DNA of 61,264 bases, filler included, from Candidatus Woesearchaeota archaeon (GTDB lineage Archaea; Nanobdellota; Nanobdellia; Woesearchaeales; J072): assembly GCA_003695265.1 (NCBI GenBank). It is 13 parts of 13 records of this genome, joined end to end, with 100 filler letters (N's around TTAATTAATTAA, not from the genome) between each part and the next. Parts side by side here need not be neighbours in the genome. Positions count along the whole stretch, not along the records: positions 3,358 to 15,418 come from RFII01000028.1; positions 15,519 to 24,452 come from RFII01000029.1; 11 more parts are not named here. One strand, given 5' to 3'. The position numbers and the translations under genes were made by a program. Below the pieces are notes generated by a model. The model did not search any database. It was not told the DNA's origin and worked only from the letters and a program-made list of their open reading frames with translations. This document shows positions 9,093-19,132 of this stretch, piece after piece. Every line of letters begins with the position of its first letter. The first letter of the stretch is position 1.

Positions 9093-12000
9093 TTATATTT
9101 TGAGGCTTACTGTTTTTGATATGCCATCCTCATTCATGGAGACTCCGTAAAGGTTGTCTGCTTCTGAGATTACTGAATCATTATGGCTTATTATGAGGTA
9201 CTGTGCTTTGTTGGAGTAGCTTCTTATCAGGCTTGCTAGTTTTTCAGAGTTTCTCTTGTCCAGCGCAGCGTCAACTTCATCCAGGATGTAAAATGATGCT
9301 GGCTCGAATTCCTGAACTGCGAACAAGAAAGCAAGGGCTGTCAGGGTTTTTTCTCCTCCTGACAAGGACCTCATGTCAATAAATTTCTTTCCTGTAAGCC
9401 TTACTTGTATTTCCAGGCCACCCTCGAATGGGTTTTCAGGGTTCTCAAGCTTCAGCAATGCTTCCCCTTTTGTAGTTAATTGTGAGAATATCTTCTTAAA
9501 GTTTTCCTCTAAGTGACGGAAGGTTTTCATAAATATGTCTTTCTTCTTTGTTTCTATCTCGTTCATCATTACTATAACATCCTCTTTTTCTACGAGCAGC
9601 TTTTCTTTTTTGTCAAGAAGAGCCTTGTATTCCTTCTCAACAACTTCATAGATTTCGAGAGCTTTCATGTTGATTGCGCCGAGCTTTTCCGCCATTCTCT
9701 CAAAGTCCCATATTTCCCTTTTGAGCTGCTCTTCTGTTTTTTCCTTGTTTATTGGAACGCCGTCAAACTGTTTGAATTCCTCGCGCAAAGCAGAAAGCTC
9801 TGCCTTGACCTTTGCCTCCTCAAGAGAAATGCTGTTTGTCTTTTGTTCTATTCCTCGAATTTCCTCCTCCTTAAGGATTATTTTGTTCTCGGCTTTTTGA
9901 AGCTCATCATTGGCTTTGTTTCTCTGGCTGAAAAGGCTTTTGAACTTTGACATGAACGTTTTTTCCTTTTCTTCTTTTTCCCGAAGGTCTTTCTCGTCTC
10001 TTTCTATTTGGGCTTTTAAGGATTCTTCCTCTTTCAGGAATTCCTCTTCTTCTTTTTCGTGCTGCTTTATTATCTTGTCTGTGTTCTCGATTTCTGGTTT
10101 TAGCATTGAGTCAATCTGGGCTGTGATGTTTTTTATTTCTGCATCGTATTTTATTATGCTCTCGCGGATTTCCTGCTTTTTCTGCTCGAAAGTGTTGAGC
10201 TCTGCAAGCAGGACTGGGTTTCGGAGCTGGCTCACCTTTTCCTTTAGCTTCTGCTTTTCAATCTTTATTTTTGCGAGCTCGCTGTTGGATGAGCTTATCT
10301 TTGTTTGTAGTGAAGAAAGCTTTTTTTCAACTTCTGCCAGGTCTTTTTTTAGTTCTTCTTTCAGCTTCTTATTAACGCTTAGGTCTGAAGAGTCGAGGTG
10401 AAGGCTTTTCTCTGCTTTTATTATTTCTCCTTCTAGTTCTGCTTTTTTCTCTCGGAGGCTTTGTATTTTTTTCTCGTTGTCGCTGCGCCTTTTTTCTAGC
10501 ACATTGATAAGCTTTTGCAAGTCTTCTTCTTCCTGCTCTTTTTTTGTGATGTCTGCCATTACCTCACTCTGCTGGAATCCGAACGGGAGCTTTTTCCTGT
10601 AGCCGCCGATCATGGCTCCGCTCTTCTCAACAAGGTCGCCGTCGAGAGTGGCTGCTCTTATTTCTCCGATGCCGAGCCTTCTAGCGACGTCAATGCTGTC
10701 AACTATTAGCGTGCTTCCGAAAACGTATTGGAAAGCTTTCTTGAGTTTCGGATCAAATTTTATTAGGTCTAAGGCGAGGCCTTCCACTCCGTTCGCCTTT
10801 GCAAGTTTTTTTGTCTTCTCATCTATGACTGGAGGCCTCAGCTTGTTTAATGGGAGAAAGGTTGCTGTGCCCAGCTTGTTTGCTTTCAAATACTTTATGC
10901 ATTCAGCTGCTGTTTTGTCATTGTCAACAACTATGCTTTTTATTCTAGGGCCTGCCGCGACTTCCAAGGCAGTTGCGTACTTGCTGCTCACTGTCCCGAG
11001 TTCGTGAACCTGTCCGAAAACGCCCGGAAACTTTTTCTTGTTTGATATTATTTTCTGCACGGCAAGGCTTCCTGAGATTTGCTCTTTCACGCCCATGTTG
11101 TGGGCTTTCAGCTTGGTTATTTCTTCCTGCACTTTGAGAAGCTTTGGCCTCGCGTTTCCCAGTTGCGATGCGAGTGATGAGTCCTCGTTCAAGGCCTTGT
11201 TGAGATCAAGAGTTATTTTTTTGAAGTCCTCCTTTTTCTTCTTCAGCTTGAGTATTTCTGCTTTGTGCTCTTTCTCTATCTCGAGAACCTTGCTTATTTT
11301 CTCGTCGGTTGTTTTTATCTGGAATTCTAAGCGGTCTTTTTCGCGCAGCAATTCCTGCTGCTCATGCCTTAATTCCTGAATTTCCTCTTGTATTTTCTCC
11401 GCTTTCTGGTCTGCTTCTTCTATTTCTTTTTCTATGTCTGCTGCGCTGCCAATCCTGTTTTTTTCCTTAAACTCTTTTATTCTCTTCTCAAAGCTTGCTA
11501 TTTCTTTTTCTCCTTTTTCTTTCTCGGCAATGTACTCTTGCTTTTCTTTCTCTAAGATTTTTATCTTATTGGCTATTTCCTCTTTGTTTTGGACTAGCTG
11601 TTTTTTTCTTTCTGCTAGCTTGGCAAGCTCGTTTTTTAATGAGTCAACCCTTGCCTTATTAGTTCCGAGCCTTACTTTCAGGGATTCGACCTCTTTGTGC
11701 AGGGCAACTTGTTCTTTTTCTCCTTTTTCTTCGATTTGCTTATTGATTTCGCTGATTTCCTCTTTTTTCTTTGATATTAATTCTCTTAAAGTGTTTATTT
11801 CTTTTTGGATTTCATCTATTTTGTCCTTGTGCTTCTTATTTCTCTTCTCAAAGCGCGCTTCTTCTGCCTCCTTTTTCTTTATTTGGTGAAAAAGGTAAGA
11901 TGCTTTGTTCTCGTTTATCTTGTCGCGCAATTCTTTGTACTTTAGGGCCTGGTCTCTTTCTTTCTTCAGCTCTGCAAGATAGGTTTTCCTCTCAGTAAGG

Positions 12001-12584
12001 ATTATGTTTGCTTCGTTGAGCCGGTTCTCAACGTTTTCCAGTTCTTTTACTGCTTTCTGCTTTTTTTCCTCGTAAATGCCGATGCCTGCTATTTCCTCAA
12101 CTATTTTCATTCTTTCTCTTGGAGTCATCTCAACAAGCTTCACAATGTCTCCCTGAAGTATTATGTTATAACCATCAGGGTTTATTTTTGCGGCAGCCAA
12201 GAAGTCAAGCACTTGGTTCCTTGTCCTAGTCTTATCATTTATCTTGTAGATGCTTTGGCCGTTTGACTTTATTATCCTGCTTATTTTTACAATTGGCTCG
12301 TCGCTCGGAAAATCCTTTTTTTTGTTGTCAAAGAATATTTCGACCATACCCTCTTTCATAGGGTTTTTTTTCTTACCGCCATTGTATATTAAGTTGGCTG
12401 ATTTCTCTGCTCTGAGGCTTTTGGACGAGCCTTTACCAAGAACAAAGCATATCGCATCCAACACGTTTGATTTTCCTGAGCCGTTTGGCCCTAGAATGCA
12501 GTTGAATTGGTCGCCAAACACTAGCTCAGTTTTGTTAGCGAATGACTTAAATCCCTTCATCACAAGTTTTTTCATTAGTGTCAT
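9093..12584 (-). CDS. smc: Chromosome segregation protein SMC
   Basis: GFKSF, Walker A GPNGSGKS, long coiled coils with a hinge, LSGGE signature, Walker B ILDEVD. Confidence 0.97.
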   Translation of the reverse strand: MTLMKKLVMKGFKSFANKTELVFGDQFNCILGPNGSGKSNVLDAICFVLGKGSSKSLRAEKSANLIYNGGKKKNPMKEGMVEIFFDNKKKDFPSDEPIVKISRIIKSNGQSIYKINDKTRTRNQVLDFLAAAKINPDGYNIILQGDIVKLVEMTPRERMKIVEEIAGIGIYEEKKQKAVKELENVENRLNEANIILTERKTYLAELKKERDQALKYKELRDKINENKASYLFHQIKKKEAEEARFEKRNKKHKDKIDEIQKEINTLRELISKKKEEISEINKQIEEKGEKEQVALHKEVESLKVRLGTNKARVDSLKNELAKLAERKKQLVQNKEEIANKIKILEKEKQEYIAEKEKGEKEIASFEKRIKEFKEKNRIGSAADIEKEIEEADQKAEKIQEEIQELRHEQQELLREKDRLEFQIKTTDEKISKVLEIEKEHKAEILKLKKKKEDFKKITLDLNKALNEDSSLASQLGNARPKLLKVQEEITKLKAHNMGVKEQISGSLAVQKIISNKKKFPGVFGQVHELGTVSSKYATALEVAAGPRIKSIVVDNDKTAAECIKYLKANKLGTATFLPLNKLRPPVIDEKTKKLAKANGVEGLALDLIKFDPKLKKAFQYVFGSTLIVDSIDVARRLGIGEIRAATLDGDLVEKSGAMIGGYRKKLPFGFQQSEVMADITKKEQEEEDLQKLINVLEKRRSDNEKKIQSLREKKAELEGEIIKAEKSLHLDSSDLSVNKKLKEELKKDLAEVEKKLSSLQTKISSSNSELAKIKIEKQKLKEKVSQLRNPVLLAELNTFEQKKQEIRESIIKYDAEIKNITAQIDSMLKPEIENTDKIIKQHEKEEEEFLKEEESLKAQIERDEKDLREKEEKEKTFMSKFKSLFSQRNKANDELQKAENKIILKEEEIRGIEQKTNSISLEEAKVKAELSALREEFKQFDGVPINKEKTEEQLKREIWDFERMAEKLGAINMKALEIYEVVEKEYKALLDKKEKLLVEKEDVIVMMNEIETKKKDIFMKTFRHLEENFKKIFSQLTTKGEALLKLENPENPFEGGLEIQVRLTGKKFIDMRSLSGGEKTLTALAFLFAVQEFEPASFYILDEVDAALDKRNSEKLASLIRSYSNKAQYLIISHNDSVISEADNLYGVSMNEDGISKTVSLKI

Positions 12585-12659
12585 CAAAAAAGCGCCTCTT
12601 TTGTTCTCTAAAGCATTCAGAATAAAGAAAAGAAATAGTATTTAAAGCTTATTGTTTAT

Positions 12660-13049
12660 TCAGTAAAAGACAAAGGAATGCCAGCATCCGTAATAGTACG
12701 GTCTTATTCTTAGGCCGCACTGGTAATTCCTGAACGAGTGGTAAGTGTAAAGTTTTCCTTTTTTAAAACCTATATTGTAACCTCTTTCGAGCCCGTCGTC
12801 AAAGCCAGTGATGTATCCTTGTGAGAATACTGACCTGTGGTGTCGTCTTGCCTCATTTCTTATTATTTCAAACTGCATTGATTCCGCGGCCCTGTTCGCG
12901 TAAAAGCCGTGAGGCATTGGAACATAATCTGTGTAATAATCAGCATTACCGCAGGGATCTTTTTTAGCAGAACAGCTGTTGCCTTCAAAGGCTAATGCTC
13001 CAAATGCCATTATCAAGAGCATTAAAGCAGTTATTATCAGTTTTTTCAT
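12660..13049 (-). CDS. Hypothetical secreted protein
   Basis: Signal peptide MKKLIITALMLLIMAFGALA; G(Y/F)xxG repeats. Confidence 0.6.
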   Translation of the reverse strand: MKKLIITALMLLIMAFGALAFEGNSCSAKKDPCGNADYYTDYVPMPHGFYANRAAESMQFEIIRNEARRHHRSVFSQGYITGFDDGLERGYNIGFKKGKLYTYHSFRNYQCGLRIRPYYYGCWHSFVFY

Positions 13050-13106
13050 ACAAAAAACACCCCGCAAATGTGTTATTACTAATGAATAATCAATTATATT
13101 TAAGCT

Positions 13107-13763
13107 TTACGGAGAGAATGAGTCCAGTGTGGACTGAAACTTTTTCTCCATGATTTTCTTGTAGGAAGCCCATGTTTTCCTGAATATCGCTGGGTAGTCA
13201 GAATGGTGTTTTTCCGCAAACCTTACTGTTTCAGGGTCGCTCGGGTAACCTGAGCCGAATCTTTTGCCTATTTTCTTCTGTATTTTCTCTATTTCGCGGT
13301 CTCTCGTGACTTTTGCAAGTATAGAGGCAGCAGCTACTGTAGGATGGTTTAAGTCTGCCTTGTGCTCGGCAATTATTTCAACGCTCACGTTGAGGAGTTT
13401 TTTAATGTATTCAAGGTAGGACTTTATGTTCGTGCTAGGCGCGTCAAGGATTGCCTTTTTTGGCTTTAGATCGTTTATTATTTGCGCTGTTTTCAAAGCC
13501 TCAAGCCAGTTGAGGTTTAAGTCGTCAGAACTCAGGGCATCGTCTATTTCTCTGGGCTCAACTATTATTATTTTATATTTTTTAACAGTATTGATTATTT
13601 TATTAAAAAGCTGTTCTCTCTGCTTCGGCGTCAAAAGCTTGGAATCAGTTACGCCTATTTTTCTGAGCTTTGGCCCGTCTTTCTCATTAATAAGAACTCC
13701 GCAAATCACCAAAGGCCCTATCATAGGCCCACGGCCAGCCTCATCTATCCCACAAATCAGCAT
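13107..13763 (-). CDS. rnhB: Ribonuclease HII
   Basis: GIDEAGRGP, DSK, HKAD, AASILAKVTRD, GSGYPSDP. Confidence 0.96.
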   Translation of the reverse strand: MLICGIDEAGRGPMIGPLVICGVLINEKDGPKLRKIGVTDSKLLTPKQREQLFNKIINTVKKYKIIIVEPREIDDALSSDDLNLNWLEALKTAQIINDLKPKKAILDAPSTNIKSYLEYIKKLLNVSVEIIAEHKADLNHPTVAAASILAKVTRDREIEKIQKKIGKRFGSGYPSDPETVRFAEKHHSDYPAIFRKTWASYKKIMEKKFQSTLDSFSP

Positions 13764-13915
13764 AACAGTTGTTTTTTTAGCTGAATTTATATGTTTTTCT
13801 AAAGAAAATGCCAAAAAATTGCTTTTTTTGGAGTGAGTGAGATGTTAGGAATCCTAATGAAGAATACTTCGCAGTTAAGAGCATGTCTTTTAAGTTATAT
13901 TTAATCAAATCTTAA

Positions 13916-15202
13916 TTATGCTCTGTAAACATTACCATTTTTTCTTGCCAACTCCCGCATTTCCCTGAAGCTCATCCCTAATGTTTCATAGAATGCCTTT
14001 CCTGCTCCCCCGTATTGTTCTGAAAGTGCGTGAATTGTGTCAACGCAGCTTCTTATTTTTCTTTGGAAGTATGCTGAGAATGGTATTCTTGTCAGTTTGT
14101 GCGCTGATTTTATAAGCATCGCAGTCCCTAAGATTTTCGGGATTGGGTGGTCAAAGCCGGCCAGCCATGCGCCGAAGAACGCGTTTAGAAGAGCGCTTTG
14201 ATAATTTTCATAGATGCTGCCATAACCTCTTAATGGCGCTTTTAAGTACCCTTCTTGTATTATTGCCTTGCTGAACCTCGTGTTCATTTCCCTGAATGAT
14301 TCCTTTATTTTTTCAAGATCATCATCGCAAAGCCGGACTCTTCCTCTGCTCCTAACCTGAGTTGCAGCCTGGTCAAGGACATAATTTGTGTATTCGTCTA
14401 ATCCAACTTTGTAAGCGAGAGACTCGCTCTCAACAGTAAAGTTGAATCTCCTTGCTTTTACAAAATTTCCGATGACAGGGAAATAGTTTAAGATTATTTC
14501 AGCAACGCTTCTTAGTTTTGCCGGCTTCTTGTTTTTTCTTCTTCCATACCTATGGTTATTGAAGTGGTTGGCATGGATTCCCTCGTGAAGCTTGAGGAAA
14601 GTCTCGTTATTCAAGAATTGTGAATACATTGTCTGGTACATGTTGCTTAGTGGAGAACCATTATTTAATCCTGCTTCTTCAAAGACTTTTTTCATACGAG
14701 GAGAGAGATCATCTCCAGCCACATCAACGCGCTCACCGAGGATAATTCTTTCAAGGTTTAATGCCGTTGTTCTTATTAGTTCGCTTCTGTTATCAGGAAG
14801 GTCTTGTGTTACAGTAACAGCAGAGCCGTCTGGCTCTCCGAATGCAAATCCTCCAGCGCCTAACAGGGTCATAATTCCTTTTCCTTTTGCCTCATAGGAG
14901 TCTATAGGCTCTCTTCTTATTCCAAGAAACCTTTCTGTTATTTCCTGAACCTCATCTGTTACAGGATCTGGGTGAACGAAACCAGCTTGGAGCAATAATC
15001 CTGATAATGTTTGCTCATTAGGCTTGCTCTTACCATAAACTGTTTCTTGAACTCTTCGCTCAAACTCTTCAATTGGTTCGCCCTTTGCAGGCACTAAGCC
15101 GAATTCTCTTTTGACAGCTTCCAGCCATTCGGGAGATTTCTTTTTGCTAGACTTTTCCAATCCTTTTTTTATGTATTCTACAAGTGGTATTGCAAGCATC
15201 AT
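13916..15202 (-). CDS. Hypothetical protein with HExxH motif (possible zinc metallopeptidase)
   Basis: 428-aa ORF containing LHEGIH with a downstream E (ESESLAY). Confidence 0.65.
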   Translation of the reverse strand: MMLAIPLVEYIKKGLEKSSKKKSPEWLEAVKREFGLVPAKGEPIEEFERRVQETVYGKSKPNEQTLSGLLLQAGFVHPDPVTDEVQEITERFLGIRREPIDSYEAKGKGIMTLLGAGGFAFGEPDGSAVTVTQDLPDNRSELIRTTALNLERIILGERVDVAGDDLSPRMKKVFEEAGLNNGSPLSNMYQTMYSQFLNNETFLKLHEGIHANHFNNHRYGRRKNKKPAKLRSVAEIILNYFPVIGNFVKARRFNFTVESESLAYKVGLDEYTNYVLDQAATQVRSRGRVRLCDDDLEKIKESFREMNTRFSKAIIQEGYLKAPLRGYGSIYENYQSALLNAFFGAWLAGFDHPIPKILGTAMLIKSAHKLTRIPFSAYFQRKIRSCVDTIHALSEQYGGAGKAFYETLGMSFREMRELARKNGNVYRA

Positions 15203-15351
15203 TTTTCGCCCTCCCTTTTCAGAACATCTATTGTGAGCTTGACTACAGTTTGCGGCCTTAGGTCATCCTGAAGTATTTTAGGTATGACTATTATGGATTG
15301 GCTGCCATGCTTGGCAATTTTCTTTGTTATGACGAATTTTTTCACGTCCAT
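15199..15351 (-). CDS. Small AbrB/MazE/SpoVT-like DNA-binding protein (50 aa, absent from the ORF track)
   Basis: MDVKKFVITKKIAKHGSQSIIVIPKILQDDLRPQTVVKLTIDVLKREGEK; K..K.G.....IPK pattern. The stop overlaps the next start (ATGA). Confidence 0.7.
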   Translation of the reverse strand: MDVKKFVITKKIAKHGSQSIIVIPKILQDDLRPQTVVKLTIDVLKREGEK

Positions 15352-15537
15352 TTTTTACATAAAAAATACATAAGATATGTTATTATTAAGTAGTAGTAAT
15401 ATAACCACTATATAAATCNNNNNNNNNNNNNNNNNNNNNNNNNNNNNNNNNNNNNNNNNNNNTTAATTAATTAANNNNNNNNNNNNNNNNNNNNNNNNNN
15501 NNNNNNNNNNNNNNNNNNCTTTTTAAATGTTATCATA

Positions 15538-15617
15538 TTTTACAATGGGACTTGCAGTTCCCTTAAACCGCTCGCGTCGAAGAGGGGGTTCAAGGGGGCA
15601 TAGCCCCCATTGTAAAA
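15538..15617. repeat. 80-bp structured element with 12-bp terminal inverted repeats; partial identical copies upstream of both tRNA-Glu genes
   Basis: TTTTACAATGGG (15538-15549) and CCCATTGTAAAA (15606-15617), with internal stem CCCTTAAACC/GGTTCAAGGG. 15519-15586 matches 57310-57377 and the reverse complement of 48192-48259. Confidence 0.75.
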
Positions 15618-15647
15618 AAAATTATTTTTTTTCAAAAAGAAATCAAA

Positions 15648-15821
15648 TGGGCTCAGAGGGATTTGAACCCCCGACCTATCGGTCTCTTCCAAAGGTTAAG
15701 AGCCGATTGCTCTAGTTGCCCAAGCAATACCAGGTTATTCTTATACGGCTAAGCTTATGCAATAAGCATTGCCATACAACTCTAAAACCTGGTAATGTTT
15801 ACCAGACTGAGCTATGAGCCC
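15648..15821 (-). tRNA. tRNA-Lys(CTT) with D-loop intron (15716-15801, 86 nt) and canonical intron (15684-15696, 13 nt)
   Basis: GGGCTCATAGCTCAGTCTGG|...GGGCAA|CTAGAGCAATCGGCTCTTA|...|ACCGATAGGTCGGGGGTTCAAATCCCTCTGAGCCCA. Confidence 0.9.
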
Positions 15822-15910
15822 GTCCGGAAAAAGAATTACAAAATGATTTAAAAACCTTTCTCTAAAATTCTTCAGTTAAGCTTAAATAATCATGCCCAAA
15901 TCCTTTTTTT

Positions 15911-16972
15911 ATGAAAGAAAAGGTTGTTGTCGGAATGTCGGGAGGGGTTGACTCTTCAGTAGCCTTGATGCTGTTAAAAAAACAAGGGTTTGAGCCTGTT
16001 GGTGTTTCCCTTAAGCTGCCTGTCTGGCAGGACAAATGCAATAGGATTCGTGACAATATTTGCTGCAGTGAGGAGTCTTTGCGCACTGCGAAATCTGTAT
16101 GCAAAAAATTCGGCGTGCCTTACCACATAATTGATGTCCAAAAAGAATTCAAGAAAGAGGTTATCGAGTACCTGAAAAGGAATATAAAGCAGGGCAGAAC
16201 ACCCAATCCCTGCGTTATATGCAACAGGCACCACAAGTTTCGCGAATTATTAAGGTTTGCTGACAAGCATAGAATAAAGTATGTTGCTACAGGGCATTAC
16301 GCCAAAGTCGTTTTTGACAAAAAATCAAAGAAATACCTGTTGAAGAGGCCTAAGGACAAGGATAAGGACCAGACTTATGGCTTGTCTTTTCTGACACAAA
16401 AGCAGCTTAGCCGAATACTCTTGCCTTTAGGAAACTTAACAAAAGAAGAGGTTTTTAAAATTGCCGAGAAAGAAGGCTTTGAAGTTTTCTTAAAGAAAAA
16501 GGAAAGCCAAGACTTCTGCTTTGTTTCAAACAAGTCATTTTCAAAGTTCATTGAGAAAGAAATAGGTGTGAAAAAAGGAAAAATAATTGATGTGAACGGC
16601 AGAGTTCTCGGAGAGCATAAGGGAATGCAATTTTTCACAATAGGGCAGAAGAAAGGGCTTAACCTGCCAGGCACATTTTACGTCGTGAAAAAGAAAGGAA
16701 GCAGCCTTGTTGTAAGCAAGGACATAAACGACACTTACAGCTCTGAGCTAATCCTTAGCAGAGTAAACTTTATCTCCGGGGAAAAACCTGCAAAGCCAAT
16801 AAATGTGAGGGCAAAAATAAGGTATAGGCAGAAGCTGAGCCCGGCAAAGCTGGTCCCTCTCGGAAACAAGTTTAAGATTGTTTTTAAGAAGCCACAGCAC
16901 GCAATAACTCCTGGGCAGTTCTGCGTTTTTTATGAAAAAGACGTTTGTTTAGGAGCAGGCATAATTGCGTAG
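15911..16972 (+). CDS. mnmA: tRNA U34 2-thiouridylase MnmA
   Basis: SGGVDS PP-loop, TPNPCVICN, ATGHY, KDQTY, ESQDFCF, TIGQKKG, ITPGQ. Confidence 0.95.
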   Translation: MKEKVVVGMSGGVDSSVALMLLKKQGFEPVGVSLKLPVWQDKCNRIRDNICCSEESLRTAKSVCKKFGVPYHIIDVQKEFKKEVIEYLKRNIKQGRTPNPCVICNRHHKFRELLRFADKHRIKYVATGHYAKVVFDKKSKKYLLKRPKDKDKDQTYGLSFLTQKQLSRILLPLGNLTKEEVFKIAEKEGFEVFLKKKESQDFCFVSNKSFSKFIEKEIGVKKGKIIDVNGRVLGEHKGMQFFTIGQKKGLNLPGTFYVVKKKGSSLVVSKDINDTYSSELILSRVNFISGEKPAKPINVRAKIRYRQKLSPAKLVPLGNKFKIVFKKPQHAITPGQFCVFYEKDVCLGAGIIA

Positions 16973-17091
16973 GGCAAAGTCAACTTATGTGAGATAAGTT
17001 TTAGTGAAAGGGTGGTGTGGGCGGGACTAAAAAAATTTACGTATTTACATAAAAATTTTTTACAATTCAACACAACAAAGTTGACTTAACC
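16973..17091 (+). mobile_element. MITE-like repeat, copy 2 of 5
   Basis: Core GGGTGGTGTGGGCGGGACTAAAAA; subterminal inverted repeat AAGTCAACTT/AAGTTGACTT. Flanks ATTGCGTAG (16964-16972) and ATTGCATAG (17092-17100). Confidence 0.8.
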
Positions 17092-17128
17092 ATTGCATAG
17101 CAACCTTTATAAATAATTATTTTTTTTT

Positions 17129-17545
17129 ATGTATCTTATGTTGTCGGGTGGAGAAGAAGATTTGTCTTTAGTTGGCAAAATCCTTTCTGCAGTGTGTGGG
17201 CCTGTTACAGGAATGCTGCCCCCAAGATTGCAGATGAGGTTGTCAAGGGATAATACCCTGGCAGCTTCTATCATGAGCACATCTTCTCGCGCGTTTAATA
17301 TTGCTTGGTCCGCCTATTCTGCGGTTTCTTTGATTGGAAGGGCTTTTGGTATGGATATTGATCCGACTCCAGGAAATGCTGCGACATTACTAGGTCTTGG
17401 TGTTGCTGCAGACACAGCTGTTAGAGAAGTTTGTTATGGGCTTCATTATTACATGAACCATCCAAACAGCACTTACAGTGACCCTTGGGGTGAGCCAATC
17501 CTATCCCTTATTGATGCTAATAGGCATCCTGAATGGTACCATTAA
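17129..17545 (+). CDS. Hypothetical protein, possibly membrane-associated
   Basis: 138-aa ORF downstream of a TATA-like TTTATAAA; hydrophobic segments. Confidence 0.6.
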   Translation: MYLMLSGGEEDLSLVGKILSAVCGPVTGMLPPRLQMRLSRDNTLAASIMSTSSRAFNIAWSAYSAVSLIGRAFGMDIDPTPGNAATLLGLGVAADTAVREVCYGLHYYMNHPNSTYSDPWGEPILSLIDANRHPEWYH

Positions 17546-17627
17546 TAAAAACTTAATCTGCGTGCAGCTCAAAAAGCAGATTATTGATATTCTCTTAATA
17601 AAAAACATGTTCTTATAAAGAATTTAA

Positions 17628-17840
17628 CGCCGCAGCCCGGACTTTCACAAACTTTTGCCAAAGTTTGACCAAATGCAGTTAAGTGAGACATTCACTTCGT
17701 GAAGTCTCACGAACTTCTTGGCAAAAACCTGTTTTGAACCGGGACATCCCAGAGGGAAACCAGCTGTTCGTATTACGCAGATGAAGAGCTTTCACCTGAA
17801 AACTCCAAGCTGGCGCAATACCAGGTTATGCGACTGCGGC
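17628..17840 (-). tRNA. tRNA-Ser(GGA) with canonical intron (17766-17802, 37 nt) and T-loop intron (17642-17732, 91 nt)
   Basis: Acceptor GCCGCAG:CTGCGGC, discriminator G, long variable arm TTTCCCTCTGGGATGT. T-loop BHB TTCA:TGAA with bulges AAA/AGT. Confidence 0.92.
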
Positions 17841-17892
17841 ATTAAATCTGAAAACGAAAATTAAAACGTTTTTATAAAACTTACCATAAAAA

Positions 17893-19125
17893 CTAATAAT
17901 GCGATGGCAGATCAGGAATATCAGGATAACCTTCCCTCCTCAACAATCCGCGAGCCATGGCAATGTACCTTAACATTTCTTTTGCAGTAATGTTCTTTCC
18001 TACTTTTTGGTCTGAAGGTATTTTTGCGCACACCGTGTTAATAACATCGTAAGCTATTTGTTCCATTACGAGTTCAGGCTCCACATCATGTTGCTCAGTA
18101 TAACTTATATATTTCCTAACATTACTAATAACAAGCCTGAAGCTCGGCATGTGGCCTTCAAGCTTGTTAAACCTTGATATACCAAGTGCCTCCCTGAAAT
18201 CGTCTGGAAGCGCGTTTGACCCTTTCCTTATGACCTCTTTCACATCATGTATAAACTCAGCAAGGTTAGATATAACCTGATAATAACGATTTGCCCTCTC
18301 ATTATCTGTTGTTAACTTTTGATCTCCCGAGCCTTTATAAAAGAAATAAGTGTGAAGCTTTCCCTGAGGCTCAACTCTCTCAGCTTTTCCATACTTGTAC
18401 CAATACCCATCATTACCCTTTACAAGGAATCTGAATCTTTTCTTGCCACCTTCATCAATAACTTCTATTGCGCGTTCTTCCATGTCCTCATCAACTATTT
18501 CATCAGTGGTTAATAATCCTGCCTTGACCATTGCAACCCTTATTTGGAAGTCTTTTGGCTGGTCCTCAAAACGAATGTATTCGCACCTGTCAAAAACAGC
18601 TGGCTCTATGTCTTCCAAGTCTGTTCCCGTGCCCGGGTTGTAAGCCATTATGTAACAAGTTTCATCATGCGCTCTCTGCTCTTTTCCATCAATTCTGTAT
18701 GTTGAAGTGTCCTCAAGAATGCTGTTAAGACCTTTTTGTACGCCATGCCTCAGCTTGTTGAACTCATCAAGATAAGCGATTTCGCCACGCTCCATTGCAG
18801 GAACCATCTCTCCTTTTTTGAATCCTGTTGCTGTCGCTTTTTGCTGACCCTCCTCACCAACGGCAATTAAGGTTTCATGGCCTAAAAGGTCAGCAACCTC
18901 TTTTTCAGGCTCACAAACTATTCTGTGAATGGGCTTTCCAAGTATTCTGCTCAGAAACTTTGCCAGTTGTGTTTTTCCAGAACCCGGATCACCACCCATA
19001 AGTATTGGCTTTCTTTGCTCATAAGCCATAATGACGCGCTGGACTTCATCAAAAGGGCCCTCCTGCTGGTTTGCTATATACAAAAACTCCCTACTTGTTT
19101 TATCCTCTAAACTTTCAGCCATCAT
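17893..19125 (-). CDS. MoxR-family AAA+ ATPase (CbbQ/NirQ/NorQ-like)
   Basis: Walker A GDPGSGKT, DLLG, Walker B YLDEFN, sensor MAYNP, FDRC arginine finger. Confidence 0.9.
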   Translation of the reverse strand: MMAESLEDKTSREFLYIANQQEGPFDEVQRVIMAYEQRKPILMGGDPGSGKTQLAKFLSRILGKPIHRIVCEPEKEVADLLGHETLIAVGEEGQQKATATGFKKGEMVPAMERGEIAYLDEFNKLRHGVQKGLNSILEDTSTYRIDGKEQRAHDETCYIMAYNPGTGTDLEDIEPAVFDRCEYIRFEDQPKDFQIRVAMVKAGLLTTDEIVDEDMEERAIEVIDEGGKKRFRFLVKGNDGYWYKYGKAERVEPQGKLHTYFFYKGSGDQKLTTDNERANRYYQVISNLAEFIHDVKEVIRKGSNALPDDFREALGISRFNKLEGHMPSFRLVISNVRKYISYTEQHDVEPELVMEQIAYDVINTVCAKIPSDQKVGKNITAKEMLRYIAMARGLLRREGYPDIPDLPSHY

Positions 19126-19132
19126 TAACACC

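Noticed and set aside
9513..12645. Many + strand ORFs opposite smc, and similar antisense ORFs elsewhere
   Set aside because: Ser/Phe/Leu-rich shadows of Lys/Glu-rich coding strands with no motifs.
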